Shown here: positions 38,519 to 47,968 of the stretch, in pieces
Position numbering within the stretch: position 1 is the first letter of the stretch
Layout of the letters: each line of letters opens with the position of its first letter
Assembly (NCBI GenBank): GCA_964612595.1
Contig: CAZTFB010000004.1
Span: 193-64,192 of the forward strand
Reading direction: 5' to 3'
Source of the DNA: an uncultured Gammaproteobacteria bacterium
Lineage (GTDB): Bacteria; Patescibacteriota; Microgenomatia; UBA1406; HO2-37-13b
DNA: 64,000 bases
The notes under the pieces: model-generated
What the model was told of the DNA's origin: nothing
The model's input: only the letters and a program-made list of their open reading frames with translations
Databases searched by the model: none
Translations under genes and position numbers: made by a program

Positions 38519-39262
38519 ATGAACAAGAAACTCGTACAAACATACGCGGCGCTTGTTGCAATCACACTCGTTGGTCTTCTGCTCGTGAAAGAGCTCGATA
38601 TTTCGTATCCACTCGACGTACGTACCTCACCTCGCTCAACTGAACTCTCCGTAGTTGGTGAGGGGAAAGTCGAAGCAGTCCCAGATACAGCAACGGTTAC
38701 CGTCGGCATTACAGCGACAAACGTAGCAACAGTTGCCGACGCTCAAGCACGTATTGACGAAGTCAATAATAAGATCATTGCAACTATGAAAGAAATCGGC
38801 ATTCCAAAAGCAGATATTAAAACTTCAAACTACTCCATCTATCCCTCGTACTCGTCTGATCCACAACCAAAGATTTCTGGCTATAGCGGCAATGTGAGCG
38901 TCACCATAAAAACCAAGCAGATCGATAAGATCTCCGATGTTGTCGCACGAGCCACAACTGCAGGAGCAAACGAGGTGCATGGCGTCAATTTCTCAATTGA
39001 TAATCCAAACAGTTTGCGAGAACAAGCACGAGAAGAGGCTATCAAAAACGCAAAAGAACAAGCAAATAAACTTGCCAATCAGCTTGGTATTAAACTTGGA
39101 AAAGTAACGAACATCATAGAAGCTGACCAAGGTAGCATTATTCCATATTATCAAAAGACAGTAGCTATGGACTCGGCCATGGGCGGGGGTGCTGGACCTG
39201 AAATAGAACCTGGCTCACAAACCATCAGCACCATGGTCACCTTATTCTTCGAAAAGCGATAA
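38519..39262 (+). CDS. SIMPL/DUF541-domain secreted protein
   Basis: 247 aa with an N-terminal TM/signal. DTATVTVGITATNVATVADAQARIDEVNNKII...IKTSNYSIYP fits the SIMPL domain pattern. Confidence 0.7.
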   Translation: MNKKLVQTYAALVAITLVGLLLVKELDISYPLDVRTSPRSTELSVVGEGKVEAVPDTATVTVGITATNVATVADAQARIDEVNNKIIATMKEIGIPKADIKTSNYSIYPSYSSDPQPKISGYSGNVSVTIKTKQIDKISDVVARATTAGANEVHGVNFSIDNPNSLREQAREEAIKNAKEQANKLANQLGIKLGKVTNIIEADQGSIIPYYQKTVAMDSAMGGGAGPEIEPGSQTISTMVTLFFEKR

Positions 39263-39263
39263 C

Positions 39264-39605
39264 ATGAAAAAGCCTGAAATCTCCTACGATACTTTTGCGC
39301 AGCTCGACTTTCGAGTAGGCGAGATTCAAGATGTAAAGCCTGTTGATGGTTCTCAAAAGCTTCTTGAGCTCACGGTCGATCTTGGCGAGGATTACGGCGT
39401 CGTTACTGTACTATCAGGCATTGCTGCATGGTACACAGCTGATGATCTAATGGGTAAGAAGACGCTTTTCCTAGCCAATCTAGCACCACGTCCCATGATG
39501 GGAAAAACATCCCAAGGAATGCTTATTGCCATCGATACACCAGAACATGAGGCTAAATTAATCTTTCTTGGATCCGATTTAGCAAACGGACATAACCTCT
39601 GCTAA
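39264..39605 (+). CDS. tRNA-binding domain protein (CsaA/Trbp111-like)
   Basis: 113 aa. LDFRVGEIQDVKPVDGSQKLLELTVDLGE...LANLAPRPMMGKTSQGMLIA. Confidence 0.75.
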   Translation: MKKPEISYDTFAQLDFRVGEIQDVKPVDGSQKLLELTVDLGEDYGVVTVLSGIAAWYTADDLMGKKTLFLANLAPRPMMGKTSQGMLIAIDTPEHEAKLIFLGSDLANGHNLC

Positions 39606-39995
39606 AGAGTTGATTTTGAATATATGGCCTATCAGATTAGGCTAAACATATTGTTCGCGGACGAATAAAATACATACTTCATCAAGACACAAAGCTCTCT
39701 CCACAAGATTGAAAAAGGTCCATAATTAGCATTGTCGACCCGTGTTTGCTAAAAAATGCATTTTGGGCATATGGCCTACTGCAACTGTCTAAAGCCCAAT
39801 GAGCAACGTGATGAATAAGGTATCTCAGCACATCCTTGAGTCGCTAAATCTTATAGTTTTATTGAAAGGTCTTATATATTTTCTTCTTAGAATTTTGTAG
39901 TTCTATTAAAGACTGTTACAATGGTTACTATTGATATTTATCTACTATATTGCGTTAACTATAAGTTATTATAGTACTCCAAGTATAATATACAT

Positions 39996-40922
39996 GTGAA
40001 AAAGGCACTCATTATCACAGGACAAACAGGAACAGGGAAGACAGCCCGCGCAATTCAAGAAGCCCAGCGAATTTCTGGAGAGATTCTTAACGCAGATGCA
40101 CGACAAATATATAGATACCTCACTATTGTCACTGGTAAGGATATTTCGTCGAGCGTATTCATAAAAATAGAAGACATACCTATTGATCAAGAACGATTAG
40201 CCGCCATCGGATACTATACCATTGATGGTATTCGTGTCTGGGGCTACGATCTCATTGATCCAAGCACACATTTTTCATCATTTGACTATAAGGTAGTAGC
40301 TAATCATATAGTAAGAAATGCTATATCTGAATCAGCAACTCCTATAATTGTTGGCGGCACACACCTCTATGTAAAACACATCACTCAAAACTTCAATATT
40401 GATGTGCCGCCAAACTGGCAACTTCGCGAGCAATTAGAAAAACTATCTATTGCCGAGCTGCAGAAGAAACTAATGTACATAGATGAGTCGACGTTTTCAA
40501 CAATGAATGCCTCAGATCAGCTTAATCCACGTCGACTCATACGTAAGATAGAGATAGCATCACATATCAATACTTCCGTGACTAAGAAGAGAAAGCCACT
40601 ATTCGAACCTATACCTTACTATAAAAAGATTGGCCTCGCGTTTTCATCAACCGAGTTATGTCGTGATGTAATTGCAAGAAGAATTGAAAGTAGGCTAGAA
40701 GCAGGAGCGCTTGACGAAGTAAAAAGGGTTTTACAACTAGGATACACTTCTGCAGATCCAGGACTCAAAGCAATAGGTTACAAAGAGCTTATTTCCTATA
40801 TCGAAGGAGCCACAACGTTAGATGAAGCAAAAAAGGCGTGGCTCACCGCTGAGGTTCAGTACGCGAAGCGCCAACACTCATTTATGAAGCAAGATCAAGA
40901 GATTGAGTGGGAAATGGTATAA
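39996..40922 (+). CDS. miaA: tRNA dimethylallyltransferase
   Basis: 308 aa with P-loop ITGQTGTGKT and ILNADARQIYRYLTIVTGK. The GTG start lies 6 nt after TATAAT at 39984-39989. Confidence 0.8.
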   Translation: MKKALIITGQTGTGKTARAIQEAQRISGEILNADARQIYRYLTIVTGKDISSSVFIKIEDIPIDQERLAAIGYYTIDGIRVWGYDLIDPSTHFSSFDYKVVANHIVRNAISESATPIIVGGTHLYVKHITQNFNIDVPPNWQLREQLEKLSIAELQKKLMYIDESTFSTMNASDQLNPRRLIRKIEIASHINTSVTKKRKPLFEPIPYYKKIGLAFSSTELCRDVIARRIESRLEAGALDEVKRVLQLGYTSADPGLKAIGYKELISYIEGATTLDEAKKAWLTAEVQYAKRQHSFMKQDQEIEWEMV

Positions 40923-40929
40923 TATAGGC

Positions 40930-41265
40930 ATGAAAAGGGTAGTAAAAAGCCAATTGACTCAGTTTCTAGAGTTTGTCAGAGAACAAGGTGTCATTGGTCT
41001 CGCCATCGGTTTTATGCTCGGCGGTGCCATTACAAAGCTCGTGAGTTCTTTCGTCCAGGATATTATAAATCCAATTGTAGGTATTGCTCTTGGTGCAGCA
41101 GATGAACTTAACAACTCGTATATTGAGATTGGATCTGCAAAAATACTCTGGGGACACTTTTTAAATGCAACTATCGACTTTATCATAGTCGCAATTGTGG
41201 TGTACGTCGGAGTTAGGATTCTTGGTTTAGATCGATTGGATAAGAAGAAAGAGTCTTCAAAATAA
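40930..41265 (+). CDS. mscL: Large-conductance mechanosensitive channel
   Basis: FLEFVREQGVIGLAIGFMLGGAITKLVSSFVQDIINPIVG aligns with the E. coli MscL N-terminus. I prefer the start at MKRVV. Confidence 0.85.
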   Translation: MKRVVKSQLTQFLEFVREQGVIGLAIGFMLGGAITKLVSSFVQDIINPIVGIALGAADELNNSYIEIGSAKILWGHFLNATIDFIIVAIVVYVGVRILGLDRLDKKKESSK

Positions 41266-41926
41266 ATTCCACGTTTTCATTTTGGATCGTAGAAAGAGGT
41301 ATCATAGCAAGTGCTTCTAAGGCAGTTTCCTTCTCCTTCATTATCTGTCGCATCATTTCAGCATTCTCTTGCACTGACCAAAAGTGATTATGTCGCCCCT
41401 TATATCGTACAAGCAGATCATTGATTCGCTCATCGAGAGAGAGGATTCCGTGCGGACCAACACGAAAGTCTGCGTAAAACACAATGGCAAAGTTATAATC
41501 CTTCTCTAACGCCGCGAGTGCGGTTGTCATATTCGCCGTTGCTGACAACAGCTCTATAACATTCTGGGAGACGCCAAGTTCTTCAACAATTCGCGTTGTT
41601 GCAATATGATCATCCGCTCCATACTTCCTAATAAAATCGTCTTGGATACTTTTCCAATAATCCACGTCCTCTTCAGGTATGAATAATGGCTTGTTTAAAT
41701 CAAACTTCACAATATTACCCATATCATGAAGCAAAAGCGTTTGGGTAATCATATCTTTATCAATGTCCATATCAACCTCAGATCTGTTACTCAGCACATC
41801 GGCAACATAACTTCCGAGTGATGCAACGGTGTACATATGTTTCTGAAGAATAGGAGGGATAGTATAGCGATCGTATATATCCTGGATACGCATAATTATA
41901 GAGTGTGCGTTACTTTGAACCTTCAA
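41213..41926 (-). CDS. HD-domain phosphohydrolase-like protein
   Basis: 237 aa. It has HMYTVASLGSYVA, a canonical LLLHDMGNIVK and a later YADFRVGPHG..LDERINDLLVRYKG. It is a paralogue of 8579-9598. Confidence 0.6.
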   Translation of the reverse strand: MKVQSNAHSIIMRIQDIYDRYTIPPILQKHMYTVASLGSYVADVLSNRSEVDMDIDKDMITQTLLLHDMGNIVKFDLNKPLFIPEEDVDYWKSIQDDFIRKYGADDHIATTRIVEELGVSQNVIELLSATANMTTALAALEKDYNFAIVFYADFRVGPHGILSLDERINDLLVRYKGRHNHFWSVQENAEMMRQIMKEKETALEALAMIPLSTIQNENVEFILKTLSSYPIDLNQES

Positions 41927-42890
41927 GTCTCTTTAGATCCGCATCAACCATCATTGCGACCAGTTCATTAAATGTCACCTTTGGTTTCCAACCAAGCTTT
42001 TCCATTGTTTTCTTTGGGTTGCTGCGAAGATCAGGAACTTCTGCAGGGCGCATAAAACGTGGATCTTGTTTCACATATTGTTCCCAGTCAGAAATACCGA
42101 CGTGTTTAAACGCTGCCTCTACAAACTCCTTTACGCTATGGTTTTTTCCTGTGCCGACAATATAGTCGCCAGGTTCGTTTTGCTGCAACATCAAATACAT
42201 AGCCTCAACGTAATCTCCTGCAAAACCCCAGTCCCGTCGCGCATCCATATTGCCTAGGCGGAGCTCATTCGCAAGGCCAAGTTTTATTCGTGCGACGCCA
42301 TCAGTAATTTTTCGAGTTACGAACTGAATGCCGCGAATAGGGGACTCATGATTAAAGAGAATACCATTACAGGTAAACAAACCAAACGACTCTCTAAAAT
42401 TAATCGTCATCCAATAGGCGTAGATCTTTGAGACACCATAAGGACTGCGTGGGTAGAATGGTGTATCGTCTCCCTGAATGCCATCGTTATGACTAATACC
42501 AAACATCTCAGAGGTCGAGGCTTGATAAAACCTGGTTGTTGGCGAGAAATACTTTATCGAGTTAAGTAAGTAAAGCACACCAAGCGAGTTAACTTCTGTC
42601 GTCATTTTTGCAAGGTCCCATGACGATCCGACGAAAGACTGTGCGGCAAGGTTATACACCTCATTCGGGCGAAGAGATTTTATGAGATTCATAAGCGATG
42701 ACTCATCGGTCATATCGCCCTCGACATACTGAATTTTATCATGCACACCAACATACTCAACATTCTCAAAGTTTGGGTTCGAATAACGTCGTGTCACGCC
42801 ATATACTTTGTAGCCTTTATCAATAAGTAGTTTTGCGAGGTAGGGACCATCTTGGCCTAAAATACCCGTAATGAGCGCTGTTTTTGCCAT
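41910..42890 (-). CDS. gmd: GDP-mannose 4,6-dehydratase
   Basis: ALITGILGQDGPYLAKLLIDKGYKVYGVTRR, FYQASTSEMFG, SPYGVSKIYAYW and GILFNHESPIRG are classic Gmd blocks. Confidence 0.9.
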   Translation of the reverse strand: MAKTALITGILGQDGPYLAKLLIDKGYKVYGVTRRYSNPNFENVEYVGVHDKIQYVEGDMTDESSLMNLIKSLRPNEVYNLAAQSFVGSSWDLAKMTTEVNSLGVLYLLNSIKYFSPTTRFYQASTSEMFGISHNDGIQGDDTPFYPRSPYGVSKIYAYWMTINFRESFGLFTCNGILFNHESPIRGIQFVTRKITDGVARIKLGLANELRLGNMDARRDWGFAGDYVEAMYLMLQQNEPGDYIVGTGKNHSVKEFVEAAFKHVGISDWEQYVKQDPRFMRPAEVPDLRSNPKKTMEKLGWKPKVTFNELVAMMVDADLKRLEGSK

Positions 42891-42953
42891 AATTGCAAAC
42901 TATAGCACAATACCTGCTTGTATACAAGATAATTATGAAGTAATATACAGATA

Positions 42954-43400
42954 ATGAAAGCCCCAGAAGTACTCACACAACTTGAAGAAACACTTGAATT
43001 GTATTTTGGGAAAAAAGCTCCTGCAATGCCTTCAAACATCAAAGAAACACTGGTTAATATTGGACCATGGATATTAATGATTTTATTGGTGTTATCGGTG
43101 CCAGGTCTGCTAGCCGCGTTCGGCGTAGGTGCAATTCTAAGTCCCTTAAGTTATTTTTATGGTATTTCGACAGGTATTAACTTTTTAGCTTCGTGGATCA
43201 TTTTGGTTGGCATTGTGATTTTGGAAATCAAAGCATTGCCAGGACTCTTTAAACGCCAAGAATCCTCATGGCGACTTGTATACTATGCCTCGCTACTAGG
43301 ATCTTTGCAGAGTCTTATCTCATTCAATATGCTGAGTTTCGTAATAGGAACTGCCCTCAGCATGTATATACTTTTCCAGATTAAACCGCTATATAGATAA
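42954..43400 (+). CDS. Small membrane protein, unknown function
   Basis: 148 aa with 3-4 TM after a short amphipathic N-terminus. Confidence 0.4.
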   Translation: MKAPEVLTQLEETLELYFGKKAPAMPSNIKETLVNIGPWILMILLVLSVPGLLAAFGVGAILSPLSYFYGISTGINFLASWIILVGIVILEIKALPGLFKRQESSWRLVYYASLLGSLQSLISFNMLSFVIGTALSMYILFQIKPLYR

Positions 43401-43408
43401 GCTGTCCT

Positions 43409-44686
43409 ATGGACTCAATCAAGCTGCATCTAAAAGACACCGTTACAAGAAATGTGCTCATCAACACGTTCGGCAACTATGCAGGATTTATTATTGGTGG
43501 ACTCTACACAATTCTGCTTTTCCGTTTTTTTTCTCCTCATGATTTTGGTGTACTAAGTATATTGCTAGCCATATCTTATCTACTTTCAAATCTTTTAAGT
43601 TTTGGTATCCCAGCGACACTTTATGCAAATGTACCCATGCTACTCCCCAATAAAGCAGCTGCCCAAGATTTCTTAAAGAGTAATTTTATTTTCCAGACGA
43701 CGCTTGCTTCACTGTCGCTTCTTGGCATATATGTTGTCCTCCCACACATTGATCTCATCTTGTTTAAATTCGACCTTCCACCTTACTACTACGCAATGAT
43801 GTTAGTCAGCACGCTCATGTATATTTGGCAAAATTTCGTGCGGGACAGTCTGAATGCGGCTGAGCGATTTTTTCAGATAAACGCCGCAAATACCTTTGCA
43901 AATGTCATTCGTATTGTGTTAATTATCGTGTTTGGTTTTCTTGGTATGCTTACTATTCCAAACACCATATTTATCCTTGGTATTGTCGCACCACTTGCCG
44001 TGTTTCTTATAGTGCTTCCTCAACGCAGAAATGTCGTTTCTTCGCTTGTGCGACATCGCATTGATCGTTCACATATTAAGCTTCGTTTCACCATGCCATA
44101 CTTTATTTCAACACAGCTTTATAATCTATCAACACGTGCAGATTTACTTCTTGTTGCATACTTTCTCACAACAGTCGATGCGGGACATTATAGTGTTGCC
44201 CAACGCGTCATGTTTGTCATTATTACCTCTATTGACAGCATAACGCAGGTACTTTCTGCGGAATTTTCGAAAGTTTCAACACGAACTCAAATTCTACAAC
44301 TTATAAAAAAGGCATGTTATTATATGGCGATACCAAGTGTTATATTGCTCGCCCTTGCTTTTTCACCCGCATTCCTATATCGACTCTTCATTCCGGAATC
44401 ATATGAACCAAGTATTCCTCTTATAAAGTTAATGAGTTTGACCTACATTCCATTCTCTTTTGATGCTGCATTGCTCTTATTTTTCCTCTATACACGTAAG
44501 AAACCAATGTTTGTACTATATACGAATATTATTATGCTTGCTCTTGTAACAGCGTTTCACCTTTTGTTTATACCTCGTTTTGGTATCACAGGACCTGTTG
44601 TATCATTTGGCCTTACCTATGTGTGTATCACGATGTTTATTGTGATGGGGGTGATCCGCGAATTCCGTCTGCTTAAGGATAAGTAG
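43409..44686 (+). CDS. MOP/Wzx-type polysaccharide flippase (copy 3)
   Basis: 425 aa, about 12 TM, with GGLYTILLFRFFSPHDFGVLSILLAISYLL. Confidence 0.6.
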   Translation: MDSIKLHLKDTVTRNVLINTFGNYAGFIIGGLYTILLFRFFSPHDFGVLSILLAISYLLSNLLSFGIPATLYANVPMLLPNKAAAQDFLKSNFIFQTTLASLSLLGIYVVLPHIDLILFKFDLPPYYYAMMLVSTLMYIWQNFVRDSLNAAERFFQINAANTFANVIRIVLIIVFGFLGMLTIPNTIFILGIVAPLAVFLIVLPQRRNVVSSLVRHRIDRSHIKLRFTMPYFISTQLYNLSTRADLLLVAYFLTTVDAGHYSVAQRVMFVIITSIDSITQVLSAEFSKVSTRTQILQLIKKACYYMAIPSVILLALAFSPAFLYRLFIPESYEPSIPLIKLMSLTYIPFSFDAALLLFFLYTRKKPMFVLYTNIIMLALVTAFHLLFIPRFGITGPVVSFGLTYVCITMFIVMGVIREFRLLKDK

Positions 44687-45781
44687 AACCCAGAAAAGAA
44701 TAAAGGAGTACACCATTGTGTTGTCAAAAAGACCCGAGACCATAAAGGCGGTAAGTAAAGGAGCGGCTACAGTTGATCTTCGTACATATTCGTCCCATAG
44801 CGATCCAAGCCAATGAATAAAAAAGACAAAACCAAATATTCCTGACGTAGCAAAGATAAAAAGATAACTGTTGGGAACGCCTGCACCCGCATTATTATGA
44901 AATTTAGATGGTTTTTCATCAAAGTATTTCGTGCGCGCGTAGCGATACGCATTGTAGCCGACGCCGGAAAATGGGTTTTCTTTTATGATACGAATGGCTT
45001 TGCCATATTCTTGGCTACGCGCAGATATTGAGGCAGTGCGGAAGAGGTTTGCCCCTTCAGTGGGGAGCGAGGTTGGGAGAAAAAGAATCCCGCCAGCAAT
45101 AAGCACAAAAAGAGCAAGGAACAGAGAAAATTTCTTTTTTATCGCGCCGAGGGCAATCGCCGCAGCGATTGCAACTATAAATGCGCTTCGAGAATAGGTT
45201 ATAAGGAGCGCGACAAAACCCAGTGACGCAATTGCATAGTCGACCCACGTACTTTTTTTGCCATCAGGTCGGCAGAGCAAGGCGACTAACATCATAACTA
45301 AGAGCACGCCAGTGAAATTTGGATCGAGCAAACTTCCAAACAATCTCAGGTAATGATCATCCCATCCGAGATAGAGAAGATAACGCAAATTCGGATACAA
45401 CACATACTGAAATAAGCCGATCCCTACAAATCCACCGATCAGTACGCGAATAGCAGTATGTGGAATGCGGTATGGCATAAACAGTATGCTCGTAAAAATA
45501 CCAAATCTAATAATATATAAACTCGCCACAAATAATTCACGGTATGAATAGAGTGGTGACGCAACAAGCAAGGATGAGATGAGCATGATAAGGACATACA
45601 TCGTTGCTCTCGCTAATGATTGTGCATGTAGAATGCGTCTATGACGCCATAGGTAAGGAAGATGTACGAAAAAAATCAAACCTACTACAAGATCAATGAA
45701 TGAAAACTGTGTTGCACTAAATAATGGTACACGCACAATGTTTCCGACCCAGTAAGATAGTATAAGGAATATATTGATCAT
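44603..45781 (-). CDS. O-antigen ligase/polymerase-like (Wzy_C) membrane protein
   Basis: 392 aa, about 10 TM. LLITYSRSAFIVAIAAAIALG precedes a large loop (NAYRYARTKYFDE...) as in Wzy_C/RfaL-type proteins. An ATGA overlap joins it to the upstream GT-C gene. Confidence 0.55.
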   Translation of the reverse strand: MINIFLILSYWVGNIVRVPLFSATQFSFIDLVVGLIFFVHLPYLWRHRRILHAQSLARATMYVLIMLISSLLVASPLYSYRELFVASLYIIRFGIFTSILFMPYRIPHTAIRVLIGGFVGIGLFQYVLYPNLRYLLYLGWDDHYLRLFGSLLDPNFTGVLLVMMLVALLCRPDGKKSTWVDYAIASLGFVALLITYSRSAFIVAIAAAIALGAIKKKFSLFLALFVLIAGGILFLPTSLPTEGANLFRTASISARSQEYGKAIRIIKENPFSGVGYNAYRYARTKYFDEKPSKFHNNAGAGVPNSYLFIFATSGIFGFVFFIHWLGSLWDEYVRRSTVAAPLLTAFMVSGLFDNTMVYSFILFWVLLILKQTEFADHPHHNKHRDTHIGKAK

Positions 45782-47166
45782 TTTTGATATTTTTCTATAC
45801 GAACATTTCCAGCATTATCTTCAACAATGACATAGTGGGTGATAGCTTTTTCAACCGGCTCATTGCCAAAATACCACATAAGATAGCGATAGTTTTGAGC
45901 AAAATCTCCTGCAAAGTGATCGTTGGGTCCCTTACGTTCTAACGTGTACTGCTTCTTATTTGTATCTCTCACAATTTCTCGTGCTATGCGCTCCTGCGCA
46001 GAAAAGGGGACAACACCTCTCGAAGAGGTTGCTGCACCGGTGAGATTGTACCAGTCAATGCTAAATAGATACATAATATTGACAAGGAAAATGAGTACTG
46101 TCACTACTTTTAATACTTCGAGTCTTTTATGTACCTGATAGAGATAGTCAAACGCTATAGCAACGTATATAAAAACAAAAGGGATCAGCGGCAGAAAGTA
46201 ATGGTAGGGCGGCTTGCCGTGAATAAATATCCCGATCAAGCCGCTGCAAAAAAGAATGTGCAATTGTACATAAAGTCTTCGTTTCTGTGAAGGAACACCT
46301 CGTGTTGCCCTTATCACAGAATACACTACACCAAGTACCAGTAATGTCGTAAACACGACATATTCCTGAATAACGACTTGTGTTAAGACGTGCCATATTG
46401 CCTGGAAATTTTGCAGTGCTGTCGCTGTATCAAGAGTGTTTTTTGGGTAAAGGCCAAGAAACCCTGCAATACGATAGGGAAACCACAATGTAATGTTGCG
46501 CAACATAGAAAAATTGTGCTGTGCATCATAAACTAGTAGAGGTAGTTGTGGCAATAGAAACGCACCGATAGCCATACATATGGCATAGCGCGTGTACAGT
46601 GCTCTGTTTAGATATATAGTAAGTAATAAACCAGGCAAGAGAATAATAGGAGAAAGGTGAAAATGTATTATTGCTCCAAACAATAATCCTGTTGCTACAA
46701 TGCTCTTCGTCGATGACGTTTTTTTCTGATTAAAAAAAACGTACAAAAGTAGGTAAGTAAGCGGCAGTACGAGTGAAAAAAAACGCGACTGGCGCGTAAT
46801 GAGTAGCAAAAATGGCGACACAACAAGTAATAGTGATGAGTATGTCGCTGCGACAGAGGAAATATACTTTTTTACAAAATAATAATTTAGGACGGGGACT
46901 AAGCTTCCTACAAAGGCAAAAAATATCGCACCAATAATCGGATGATAGCCTCCTGCTGCAAGAATCGGTCCGAACAACCAATAAAATAGTGGCCCAAACG
47001 AAAGCCATTCATGCGAAGTCGGAGGTCCTATCAGTGGGAGCGCGTGGTTGACAAAAAAATTCTTTATCGCGAGATAATTATGTCCAAGTTCACCTTCGAA
47101 AAAAAGATTCTCACGTATATGATAGAATCGAAAAAAACCGGCGAGGATCAATAGTACATACACCAT
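45778..47166 (-). CDS. GT-C membrane glycosyltransferase, ArnT/PMT_2-like (copy 4)
   Basis: Multi-TM with a ~90-aa soluble tail. The first loop is FFEGELGHNYLAIKNF. The track start at 47202 would overlap the divergent methyltransferase gene, so I prefer MVYVLL at 47166. Confidence 0.6.
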   Translation of the reverse strand: MVYVLLILAGFFRFYHIRENLFFEGELGHNYLAIKNFFVNHALPLIGPPTSHEWLSFGPLFYWLFGPILAAGGYHPIIGAIFFAFVGSLVPVLNYYFVKKYISSVAATYSSLLLVVSPFLLLITRQSRFFSLVLPLTYLLLYVFFNQKKTSSTKSIVATGLLFGAIIHFHLSPIILLPGLLLTIYLNRALYTRYAICMAIGAFLLPQLPLLVYDAQHNFSMLRNITLWFPYRIAGFLGLYPKNTLDTATALQNFQAIWHVLTQVVIQEYVVFTTLLVLGVVYSVIRATRGVPSQKRRLYVQLHILFCSGLIGIFIHGKPPYHYFLPLIPFVFIYVAIAFDYLYQVHKRLEVLKVVTVLIFLVNIMYLFSIDWYNLTGAATSSRGVVPFSAQERIAREIVRDTNKKQYTLERKGPNDHFAGDFAQNYRYLMWYFGNEPVEKAITHYVIVEDNAGNVRIEKYQK

Positions 47167-47188
47167 ATTCCTTGAAGGTATAGTATAA

Positions 47189-47968
47189 ATGAATATGTTC
47201 AAAAACTATTTCGAACTTGAAGACTACCGTGAACAATGCGCTATACACAATAAAAATAAGGCTTTTCTTGCAACATATACTGATATAACACTCCCTGAAA
47301 TTATAAACGAGAACACAAAAGAAGAATGGGAAACACAGCTCGAAGATATACCCCATATATCTGATCCGATGACACATGATCGCATATACACAACAAGAAA
47401 GTTCATCGAACAAACTCCATCACTGCATTCCATCTTAGATATTGGCATTGGGAACGCTTGGGTTGAAAAACAACTGTTTGCCCAACATCCAGGTGTGTAT
47501 TCATTTTCAGGTTTAGATATAACACCACAGAATCTAAAAAAACTTGAACAATCACTGCCCGGGACCTACTATGTTGGCGATGCTCTGACACTCCCAAAAA
47601 AACTTCAATCCGCATCATTTTCATGCGTGCTTTTGCTTGAGGTACTTGAGCATATTTCTCCCAAAGAAACCTTTAATGCCCTTAACAACATTAAAAAACT
47701 ATTAAAACCAGATGGCCACCTTATTCTTTCAGTACCTGTATATGAAGACCTTGAAGAAAAAATTAGAGAGAATAGAAATTCGAGCAAACATGTGCGTCGC
47801 TATACGCCGCCCATTATAAAGAAGGAACTGGAACTTGTTGGATTTAAAGTAGAAAAGGAGTCTGTCTTTTATGCATTTTCATCGTTGTATAGAGTAAAAT
47901 CGCTCATCGCATATCTGACTGGTTTACGAAAACCAAACGTACTGCTTATCGATGCGGTCCTCGCGTAA
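47189..47968 (+). CDS. Class I SAM-dependent methyltransferase
   Basis: ILDIGIGNAWVE (motif I), GLDITPQNL and LKPDGHLILSVP are present. The start may instead be ATG 47195, which lies 5 nt after TATAAA at 47184-47189. Confidence 0.75.
   Translation: MNMFKNYFELEDYREQCAIHNKNKAFLATYTDITLPEIINENTKEEWETQLEDIPHISDPMTHDRIYTTRKFIEQTPSLHSILDIGIGNAWVEKQLFAQHPGVYSFSGLDITPQNLKKLEQSLPGTYYVGDALTLPKKLQSASFSCVLLLEVLEHISPKETFNALNNIKKLLKPDGHLILSVPVYEDLEEKIRENRNSSKHVRRYTPPIIKKELELVGFKVEKESVFYAFSSLYRVKSLIAYLTGLRKPNVLLIDAVLA

Noticed and set aside
44603-44686. 84-nt convergent overlap between the flippase and ligase-like genes as a possible antisense regulatory feature
   Set aside because: The last ~28 codons of the ligase-like ORF (…ADHPHHNKHRDTHIGKAK) look like a run-on tail through the antisense of a TM-coding region. 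This is most simply explained by chance absence of a stop codon.
47166-47202. Divergent genes with overlapping 5' ends (track starts 47202 and 47189)
   Set aside because: The internal starts at 47166 (MVYVLL) and 47195 (MFKNYF) remove the overlap and fit the -10 spacing pattern. The long starts are probably artefacts.
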